Positions 1 through 10,400 of a stretch of DNA of 64,000 nucleotides are shown here, in pieces. The translations under genes were made by a program, and so were the position numbers. Positions within the stretch are counted from its first letter, which is position 1. The number at the start of each line of letters is the position of its first letter. The notes beneath the pieces were generated by a model. That model did not search any database and had not been told where the DNA came from. It saw only the letters and a program-made list of their open reading frames with translations. The stretch lies in NCBI GenBank assembly GCA_964188305.1, contig OZ076901.1; one strand, written 5' to 3'. Origin of the DNA: Podarcis bocagei (taxonomy: Eukaryota).

Positions 1-1268
1 CTCCTGCCAGTCACTCCCCGAATCTCCCCGAGTCTCATTTACCTTCAGAAAAATTTGATATTAAATTAAGGGTAATGAGCTAATTAAATTTAATGGGCAC
101 CAGTGTCTCTTTTCATCCCCGTGTCTTTACCCTCACCCTCCCGCCCTTTATCTCCAAAGCGATTCCTACATAAGGCTAAATTATCTCTTTTCTATTATTA
201 TTTTAAATGGAATGTCAAAATCCCAGCATTTTTTTAACAGCCTGGCAGATTCTGGTTTAAAAGGTCTTCATTTGATGGGTTAGGAAATGCTACATGGGAA
301 ACCAAGATTCCCTCCCCACATGCTCCTATGCCTCCAAATGTGTAGTAAGCCAAAATTCAACAGGGGAAGTTTTTCCCACTCTGTAGTTCCATTTCCACTA
401 TTCATGAAATTATTAAAGGTACAAGAGCCCAGCAGCTCAGGTAGTGGCACAGGATTGGATTGCTAGTGGCCACCTGATTCCCTGACCCACAAGGATTCTG
501 GCTCTGGTTGTTTGCATCTTGGATCAAACTGCCTGCAGTTACCTCCTTTGACCAATAGGGCAAAGAGCAGGGAATTAATACATGCTCTATGGTGCTCTTG
601 GACAGTGGAGAAATAAATACCATTTTCTTCCAATTTCATCTTCCATGAGTCCTCAACAAACTGAGCATTCACCTTTGGGTGTTTTAGAGTTTCTGTAACC
701 TGTGTGGTTAGAGATGGGAAGTTCAAAGGGAAAAGGAGGCACCAGAAGCCCTCAAAGAAGCCTTGAGAGAATTTTCCCCCGCTTTCTTTTTTTAATACAA
801 AATGTGTCTCAGCTGGGAAATTTTGCTGCAATGAGATTACATTTTCAAAGTGCCATATGACTGGCTTTAGTTCTTACTTCAGAAGAACTGGGAGGGCTCC
901 CAACTGTGGATTTTGCAGGATTACCATCCTTTCACTGACAATAAAAATCATCCACCTCTGGAATAAAGAAACAAAAAATATGAGACCTCCCAAGGCGGAT
1001 TGGGCGGGGGGAGACAGACGCTCATCTCATCTGTTTCACGAGGAACAAATTCCCAGCTCAGAGGGAGAAATGCCAAGAATGGGGGGAGGATAAGTGATGA
1101 GAGGGGAGATGAGAACCATCTCAAGACTGTTGCTGTAGTTATTGATATTTAATCGGGAGAGGGGTGTCATTTGGGAACAAAAAATAAGAGTTGTTTGGGG
1201 GGGCTGTCTCTGAAGTTGAAAATCCAAAGAGTTCCCCCCAACTCATTAAAGTGTGGCATCATCTAGGG

Positions 1269-1398
1269 CAGCCTTTCTCAACCTGTGGGTCCCCAGGTGT
1301 TGTTGAACTACAACTCCCATCACCCCTAGCTAGCAAGGCCAGAGCTCAGGGATGATGTGAGTTGTAGTCTGGGGACCCCCACAGATTGAGAACCGCTA
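1269..1398. mobile_element. hAT-type MITE (aactacaactcccatca family)
   Basis: Imperfect TIRs and an 8-bp TSD atctaggg (1261-1268 and 1399-1406). Many related copies, for example near 3500, 6260, 14760, 14980, 19900, 22320, 22450, 24880, 37020, 46260, 48040 and 51960. Confidence 0.82.
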
Positions 1399-1579
1399 AT
1401 CTAGGGGGAAGATCTGCTGCACAAATCTCACTGAATCTTCCCACAGAAATGCCCCCATGGGCCAGATCGGTCTATCTTTTCCTCTGCTCACCGGGCCTGG
1501 TGCTAGTAAATGCCACCATGCCAATGCTTCACTGCCCCTCTGCACACACACACCATGGTGGGTTCATTGGCACCCTAGA

Positions 1580-2225
1580 AATGTAGAGTTGGAAGGGGCC
1601 CAAGGGGTCATCGAGACCAGACCCCTGCAATGCAGGAACAACAGCTAAATGATCCCTGGCAGATGGCCACCCAATCTCTGTTTAAAAACTTCCAACAAAG
1701 GAGGGTTGACCACCTTTCGAGGTAGTCCATTCCACTGTTGAACAGATCTCACCATCCGAAAGTTCTTCCTAATATTTAGTCAGAATCTCTCTCCCTGTAT
1801 TTTCAATCCCTTGGTTTGTGTCCTACCTTCTGGAGCTGAAGAAAAAACAAACTTGCTCCATCATTCATGTGACAGCCCTTCAGATATTTGAAGATAATTT
1901 TCGTATCACCTCTTTTCTCTTCTCTTTTCCAGGCTAAACATACTCAACACCCTCAACCATCCCACATAAGGCTTGGTTTCCAGACTCTTCACCATCTTGA
2001 TCTTCCTCTACACACGTTCGGCTTCTTAAGCTGTGGTGCCCATAAATGGATACAGTAATACAGGTGGGGTCTGACCAAGACAGAATAGAGAGGTACTATT
2101 CCTTCCATTGATCTGGGCACTATACCTCGGTTGATACAGTCTATAATTGCATTACTTTTTTCTGCTGCGGCACCACACTGTTGACTCATTGTAGTCTGCT
2201 AAGACCCCTATATGTTTTTTCACAT
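1580..2225 (-). mobile_element. CR1 LINE 3' fragment
   Basis: MSQQCGAAAEKSNAIIDCINRGIV...PLYSVLVRPHL..CIHLWAP is typical of the CR1 RT C-terminus. Boundaries are approximate. Confidence 0.88.
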
Positions 2226-2529
2226 TACGAAAATAGGCATGAAATCCAGGAGGTGAAACTATCTGTCAGCTTCCTCTTCCTCAGTCTGAGTTTTGCCCTG
2301 TATAACTCAGCAGAGAGGAGGAGGATGGGTCAAATCTAGAATTGGTTGGCTCTGCCTGTCACCTCCTATTTGGGCTCCCCACCAGTCCCACCAACCTCCC
2401 ATTTCCTTTCCACCACAGTGTCTCAGGCACTGGGTGAATTCAGTGAACTGCAGAGTGGAAATGGCAACCACCAGCAGAGAATGCCATTGTATTTGGCAGC
2501 TGCCATTTTGTTTTCACCACAGTGCCTTA

Positions 2530-2808
2530 GGGCTTATCCACACATACCAGGCATAGGCCTGCTTTGTGTCCAAGCACTATTTTTTTATCCACCAGAGCTT
2601 TCCTCATAAAAATCCCCTGTTTAGGGCTCAATCAAAGCACATGGCAATTCAGGTTTTCTGCAGACTGCTGTTTGCTCTGATTCAGCTTTAAAGAGCAGGG
2701 TTTTGTATGGAAAGCTCTGGAACAGAAAAAAGGGGTGCTCAGACATGGAGTTTTAAAGTGTAAGCCATGCCTGGAAAGAGTGGAGGAAAGGTAAATTAGG
2801 ATAAGCCC
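2530..2808. mobile_element. Palindromic MITE, possibly PIF/Harbinger-like
   Basis: tta|gggcttatcc...ggataagccc|tca with internal inverted similarity (ccagagctttcc and ggaaagctctgg). Confidence 0.55.
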
Positions 2809-4586
2809 TCAGATGGACATAGTCTGGGACATTTCAAAGAGCAGACAATAGGCTATGTCCCACTTTGGACTGAGAAAAAGAGAGCTTGGTTCTAGCTCTT
2901 CGACGGTGGCTTTTATCCAGCACAGGTAACAGGAAAAAACTCTTGAATGCATAATTAGCAGAACTCACTTCCAATAGATGTGGGTTGTCTGCTGGCTTAG
3001 ATGGCTTTCAAATGGGATTGGCCATGTTCATGAGTGATGGATATATCAGCAGCTGTTTGCTTATTTATCACATATATATAGCAGCTACTTCCTGCAAAGG
3101 CGTCTAAGCTGTTGGCTATGACAACTCAATGGAACCTTCCGATTATACCCAGGTTAGTCATATTCGAAGCTGACATTAATAGACGAAGTTGACATTAATA
3201 GACATGGCTAACGTAGGTCCATTCATTGCAACTGATCCACTCTGAAAAGAAGAAGCTAGCTGGAGACAACCCTTCCATTGTTGGAGATAGTTTGCCACTG
3301 AACTAAATGCTACTTCCTCAGGCTATTGCCTTCATGTTCTGGTTGTGAATATCCCAGAGGCATCTATCAGCCCACTGTTATGAAGCAGGATGCAAGGCCA
3401 GATGGGCCTTTGATGGGTCCAGCAAGGCTCTTCTTAGGATATAACCATCTAGGTATTTGCCAAACCCTACAACACCAGCATTTCCCAATTCGGTGCTCTC
3501 CAGAGTTTGTTGGATTACAATTCCAAGTAGGCCACGGCCAATGGTCAGAGAGGACAAAAGTTGTAGTCCAACAACATTCAGAGGTGCCATCATGGGGAAG
3601 GCTGTCTTAGGAGCTCCTCCCCCCCCCCCATCCCCCAAATCCATCAGGAAAGGGCAAAAGAGAAGAAAACTTACTGTCCACTCTCGCTTGTTACATCTAC
3701 GAAGACCTTGATCCTCATTCTGAACGCAGGACCCGAGTGAGACACCATAAAACAGAGAGGTTACTTTTGCTGCTCTTTGTCTAGGCTAGAACTAGTGCGT
3801 TCCTTACCTACTGCTGTTGCTTTCTCTACAGCAATCACAGAAGGCTCTACAGGGCTAGTGGCATGGCAGGGAGACAAAGGGAGCAGCAAGAACAGAGGGA
3901 GGCCCACCCAGCTCTATTGACACTCCACCTCCACTCCTGCCTTTCTGGCCTTGTTCACAGAGGGGTCCTATAACCCCAAATGCTCCTCTTCCAACCTTTC
4001 GAGAAAACACCTGGAAGCAGTCTCCCCAAAGCCTTCATCATAAGTTGCTTGGCACAAACGTTTGCCAGACTTGATGCAGGAAAGAGGTCTCTTGTGCAGT
4101 TTCCCAGGCTGATGTGGCCATGGAGCAGGGATAAAAGGCATCTTGGTCAATATCAAAGTCCTGCCACCAGACTGACAGCAGACCTTTATGAGCAGCAATG
4201 AGCTAAAGAGATTGGCACATGAGGGACTGGTCAGTTTCAGTCTCTTGTTTTCCCCCAGTCTAAATTCAGTTTGCCACATTTGCTAACCATTTTGAGATTT
4301 TCTTTTTCTTTTCTTTTTAAAAGAAACTCACAAAGATTTGCCAGCATTTTAGTGGACACTTCTCCTAATGTATACATTTCCACTAATATGCTGCATTTCT
4401 GTATCAATATTTTTTGCTAATATATGCACTTTCATGCACACTATTCCCTATTATATGCAGTTTTCTACACATTTGGGGGTTGGAGAAGTGCGTTGTCAAA
4501 TTCAAAGTGTGAATTTCAAAACAGCTGCATTTCCACCTGTGTACTGTTTCGGGGCATGCAAATAAGGTAAGTTTGCATCTAAATTG

Positions 4587-4612
4587 GTGTGTGTGTGTGT
4601 GTGTGTGTGTGT
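4587..4612. repeat. (TG)n microsatellite
   Basis: Read directly. Confidence 0.95.
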
Positions 4613-7259
4613 GATCTATCCAGTGGCTCAGATTGTTACCTCCCTTCCCCCAGGTCAAATTTGACATGTGGGTGGTGCCATGTACCTGTCAATCACCACA
4701 AGGCCTTGCAATGATCTTTGCAAGATCCGACAGCATTTATAAGCTAATTCAAAGAAGAATTATTATTTTCTCTTAATCTCTTCCAGGGCAGCAGTTGCAC
4801 CTGTCTTTAGGGGAATCAATAAGCAGTGTGCAAAGAGCTGTACCCTCTGCACCCCCCAGATCACAGAGAAGCTGCTGACCATGTATCACAATGCCCATCA
4901 TCCAGTGCTTTCAAACCCCATCTCACTTACTCTCCCTCTGCTTCGGTGTCTTTGTTCTCAACCTCACTCAGTATGACTTGCCACTTGCAACTATACTCTG
5001 TTGCAAACTTGTGCCCCCATATCTGGCAAATTCTGGCAATCACAGCATTGATGCCAAGTGCACAGCTGTGGAGAGACAATGCAAAAATAAATAAATAAAT
5101 TACAGCTCCCCAAACAAACACTTCCATGCCTTTTGCTACAGGGGCTGATTTCCTGAGCCTCTGCCTGTCTTGCAGTATTTCATCTTAGGCTTCCCTCACT
5201 GTTACAATGCAAAGCTGAACACCTTTGGGCTAAATTAGAGGTGATGTGTACTGTTTGGTGATTTGCACATCTGTCTGGGTCTGGCTGCAGGTTTTAGGGA
5301 GCCTGGTCCAACTGTCCGTTGGTGGGCCATGCTTACTTGGAGGTGAGCAGCAGTGGTTTGAGCTGCACCAGATAGCTTTGTCTAGCCACCATTTTGATTC
5401 CCCCTATTACCCCCCAATGGCCTGCTATTCTATGGTGTTCTGAAAAGTTAACATGGCAGCTAGACCCAGCCAAGTGTGCCCGTGCAGAAAAAGAGATATC
5501 TTATAGGACATTCGCTGCAGACATTGGCAGCAGGCCCTGATGAATTGCTGGAGCCCTGGCTACTGCCCTAGCATGCCAGAGGCTGACAGCAGCCTTGTGT
5601 CTGTCCAATTCAGATATAAGAAGTAGGATACATTTTATATTTCAAGAAGGGGTACTTGAGTGAGTGAATAGATATGAAACCTCCACACTCCTTTAGTCTT
5701 ATCTCCCTGCCCTCCATCACCACATTTGACTAGGTTTTACACATAAGTGGCACCAGGCTTTGCAACTTTCCCCTCTCTTGACAGGATTCCTGTGTCCTTA
5801 ACAGCTGCCTGGCTGACAAAAATTCAACAAGGGAAAGGTATTCTCTGCCTGGACCATGTCCATACCCATAGCAATTTCTTTCACAATGACAAGGCAGTGG
5901 TCCAAATGATGGAAGTGGACTCAGTGGACTTTGTGATGGAGCAGAGACTGGACCCTGGACAGGACTCAGGGCACTGGCTCAGAGTTCAACCACAACAGTT
6001 TCAGGACCATGGATAACAACCCTGCATATGATTGTAGGCAGGAACAAGTTGCCTCAGCACTGGTCTGCTGCAACCACCACAGATTTAGTCAGATTAATGC
6101 TCCACCTTTTGCGCCCTTTGGTGGAGTAATTGGCTCTTTCTAGGTGGCAAGGCTTTGGGTGGTGGAGACTTGGTCCATGGATACTCTGCAGGGCTTTCTT
6201 GATCCTCTGTTGTCCATTCTTCAAAGTTTCTAGGCTATGGGATGCTAAACTGTGGTCCTTCAGATGCTGTTGGGCATCAACTTTCATCATCCCGACCATT
6301 GGCCATGGCAGTTGGCACTGAGATGGCCAGCTAAATCCCACTTCTCAACACTGTGAGCCTCTCCAGAATCTCTTGCTGTGTGCTCTTGGCTTGGCCTATT
6401 AGGACAGACCCTGAAGAAGTGGTGGCTTTTATATGCACACACCTTTCTTCTTTGTGTTTGGTTTTGCAACTTCTTGACTTTCCAACCACCTTAGATAACT
6501 GTACAGCCTGGAATCCTGAACTTCAGAAGCCTCTCTAACCTCTCTCAATGCAGCTTTTTGCTGGATTCCTTCTCACCCATCTCCCTTGAGTATCCTCTTG
6601 CTCTGCTCAGATCCCAGAGCTGGCAGAACTGGCTGAGAACAGAGGCAATGCTCTTGGCTCTAAGCTCTCATGTGACCTCCCCCAACACAAGTACTCCTTT
6701 CCTCCCCATCTCACAACCAACCTCACCCTAGGCAATCACCAGACCAATTTCAAGTGGTGAGCCAAGTACTTTCTTCTCTGCCTCACCCATCCACTTAGAA
6801 AACTTCAAAACCCTCCTCTCACTCTCCCCCCCCAAAGAATACAGAAGCCCTGTCTCCAGAGCAAAGCTCCTGCCCACCCTCCTGTCCTTCCCTCCCCTCT
6901 GCCGTACAAAGCAAAAGAGGGAGGCAGGCCATGCTGCCACGAGCTACATGCACAAAGCGCAAGGCAAAAAGCTGGGTTCAGCTCTTGTTCTCTTTGAACA
7001 GGCAACACCAAAGGGGGAAACCATCCACTGCAAGGAGAGGAACATGCAGGTCCATGGCAAGGAGAAAGAGGGGAGGGGGAAAGATAGGATGCAAAGGGGA
7101 GTGGGGAAGCCATTCCACAAAAGGGGGGGGAGGAGGAGGAAAGAGACAGACATGAAGCCAGAAATCAACCGAGAGAGGAAGGACGGAAAAAAACGGTGCT
7201 TTGCTTTTGTGTACCTTGAGGCCAGAATCTGAGGGGGGAAAGGCCTACAGTGTCATGCG

Positions 7260-7403
7260 CTAGCATAAGTTAGCCTGGATGGTTGCGTACTCGACAAGGT
7301 CTCCGCCAGCATGGATCGAAGTCCTGGGGCTGGGTGACGTCGCCAGAGCGGAGGTGTCCAACTCTGCGTATTGGACGTCGGAGTCCTTGCTGTTGCCAGA
7401 GTT
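7260..7403 (-). CDS. NECTIN1: Nectin-1 beta terminal exon with tandem ITIM-like motifs
   Basis: Long pyrimidine tract + tctccag acceptor, phase 0, matching the donor at 15147; 144 nt, locally CpG-rich like coding sequence. Encodes NSGNSKDSDVQYAELDTSALATSPSPRTSIHAGGDLVEYATIQANLC*. The link to exon 3 is inferred from phase and position. Confidence 0.8.
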   Translation of the reverse strand, partial: NSGNSKDSDVQYAELDTSALATSPSPRTSIHAGGDLVEYATIQANLC

Positions 7404-10400
7404 CTGGAGATGAGAGAGCAGTGAGGCATGGAGACGTGGAAGAGGGTGGTGGCAGTGGAGGACAGGAAGGGAACAAGGTGACGACATCAGAGGAAAGTGT
7501 GTTGTGTGAGGAAGAGACACAAAGGCAGAGAGGCATGGAGGGGAGAGAGAGAGAAAGATGCACGCACACAAATGCACATGGACGAAAACACACAACCAAT
7601 GGGATCGTGCCAAGAAAGAAACAGGGAGGAAGAAACAGAGGTATGGGGTGGGTCATGTGTGGGGCAGGAAGACAAAGTGAGGCAGAAAATAAAGAATGAC
7701 AGTGGGGAAGAGATAAAAAAAGGTTTAAAATGAACAGTAAAAAAAAACGGCATCGTACATCGCATTGAGGACCTGACTGCTTGCCTGCTCCACATTAACA
7801 ATTGTATAGCGTATTTGAATTTGCCGTCCTTACTGGTTTCTTCCCTGCAACAACAACCCTTCAGAGTCAACTGCTATGATTCGAGACCACCATCAGGAGA
7901 ACCGTATAGTAGCAGGGCCTTAGCTAGGGGGTGGCAAAGTGGGTCGCCGCTGGGGCGCAGGTGACAGGGGGGCACAAAATTGAAGTCGGTGCTTTTCCTG
8001 AAACTGGTTCCCCTGTGCTGCAGGAGGCTCTGGGCTGCAGGAGGAGAGGCGGAAAGAAGAGTTAATTTGTCTGTGGCTAGGGGGCTCAATCTGGATGGTT
8101 CTGCCAGGGGCGCAAGATCACCTAGCTACAGCTCCATATATCAGATGTCCTCTGCCAGATTTCAAGTGGGGAGGGAGATCACCTTTAAATGCCCCACCTT
8201 ATATTTATACTGGGGGCTGCTCATGGGCACCAATGTGCCCAACAGTATCCTCTATGGTGCCTGCAAAAGGACCTCTCTCTCATTCTGCTCTTTCAGATGT
8301 GGCAGCCATTTTGTATCAAGCCGCACATTCCATCGCAGCAGCCATTTTAGCAGCTGCCACACACAGCACTTTTGAAAACCCCAAAGGCGCTCGCTGGCCT
8401 TCAAAGGTGGACCCTACAGAGAAGAACTACAGCTCCCAGAACCCCCCTGGAAAGATGGGAGGACTCTTGAACCAGTGTAAACCTGTGGTGTGGAATATAC
8501 TCAAAGACCTGGGCCCCCAGATCCAAGACCAGACTTCTCTGTATTGTCTCTCTTTGGACACCCGTGACATCAAACACACCATTCTAAAGCCATGAAAACA
8601 TGGCAGCATCCTGAATCTGCGCTTGACAAGGTGGTTTTTATTATTATTTTTAACATACACAGGAAGGGACTGTTAGCAGAGGACCCTTTTCCTCTCTAAC
8701 TTTAAGGACTGGGAAATTAACAGCTGAAGCAGCATTGTTGATACAGCCAAGTCTTCAGATTGGGGTGGGGAGTCTCTTAATGAACCTCCCCATTATTACC
8801 CCCCCAAACCCCCAATAATGATCTCTCAGCTTTTTCCCACCACATGAGGCACTGCCTTGTCACAGATATTATGCAAAAGGTGCTTCATTCCAAGGCACCT
8901 CCCACCCTTTCTGAAATGGTTCACAGCCATTTACCAGCTGTGGGGAAGCCACTCAAAGAGGTTTATGGCTCCATAACAAGCACTTTAGAGCCTGTTGTTA
9001 CAAGGGCTGATTTCCTGAGTAATTGCCTCTGACTGCCTCAGAGTACCATATCCCGGACTTGGCTCTCTGTTAACATGGCAGACACTCGGATGCCTTTGCT
9101 GATGAGAGATTAAATAGCACGCTCCTGTCCATCTTCCCATCTTCCCCATCGCCATATATTTCTTAGTCCCCGAGAGGAAGAAATTCAACAGGGGAAGATT
9201 TCCCCCACGTAGATGTGCAGCAGTGGTCCAAAACTGTACCTGTTGAGTTTTCCTCACGTCAAGAAGCTGTTTTTAAGGCACCACTGTGGTGAACCAGAAG
9301 AAAAGCACCGGAGTTTGGAAAATCTGCTTGTGACAGGTAATGTGCACAGCAGCCGTTTTCTGCCAGGACGTCTACATAGGGCTGTGGTCAACTCTGAATT
9401 TGGCAAGTAAGAGGCTCTCGATGGCTGGATTGTAGGTGTTTCCTGGGTCCACTTTGGATTGTGCTGCTTCTTTTAAATAAAAGGTGGTGGGGGGAAAAGG
9501 TCTGTAGCTCCCACCACCTTTACTGTCCTTTAAACCTCCACTTGGTAAGGATTCAACAGCAATCCAGCCTGGGCACACAGCTCTTGCCAGGATTACATTT
9601 AGTTTGGCTCTGTGAGATTACAAAACGCTCACATCTTCAGCTCCTTTCTCTTCTGGCTACCTGCAGATCTTCAACATACAAGTAGATAAAAAGACATCAC
9701 CCACTGACATCAGCACTAGGAGCCTCAAGAGGAGGAAAAAATTGTATGGGAGGGGGCAGCGCTTTTTTCTAGAAAAATAGGTGCTGGTACTCACCATGAA
9801 GTTGCTACAGTAAGTGCCACACTTTTCAACAACAAAAAGAGTACCTTTGAGTACCCCCTGGAGGAAGAGCACGGGGGGGGGGGATAGAGAAGGACAGACC
9901 ATAATAACCTGCCACCCTGAAGCAGCTCGGAAGGAAAATATATCGCTGAGCATGCCCAGGGTCTGAGGACTGACTTGCAAGGGCCTGTCTCTGCAAGAGA
10001 ACCAGATTCATCATCCATCTTCGTTCTCTAATCAGAATGAGAGAGTTTGGGGGCAGGGTCTGGAATGACAAATTAGAATTGGATGCAGTGGAAATTTGCA
10101 ACTAGTCCCTGCAACCACCCTGATTCTGGAATAACATAAACATTGGACAAAAATGTCAGTTTCGGTCCCTCCCTGTTTCCTGTTCTCCTAATCTTAAAAT
10201 TAGTTATGGCCACTTCTGCACAAGTTTGTGATATTATTATTTTTTAAAGCAGTATTTCTGTGGAAAATCTGTCTCCATTTTTGTGTGCATTTCACTCTAA
10301 TATACACAGTTCCATACTGGTGTATCATACACATTTTTCTAAAGCAATTTTCTCCAATGTACAGCATTTTCGTACATTCTTTTCCATAACCTACATTCTT

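Noticed and set aside
1932-1943. Minus-strand EYV* resembling a nectin C-terminus
   Set aside because: Lies inside the CR1 fragment and has no acceptor context.
7263-7274. C-terminal ANLC as a prenylation signal
   Set aside because: The Cys is the last residue, not at -4, so it is not a CaaX box.
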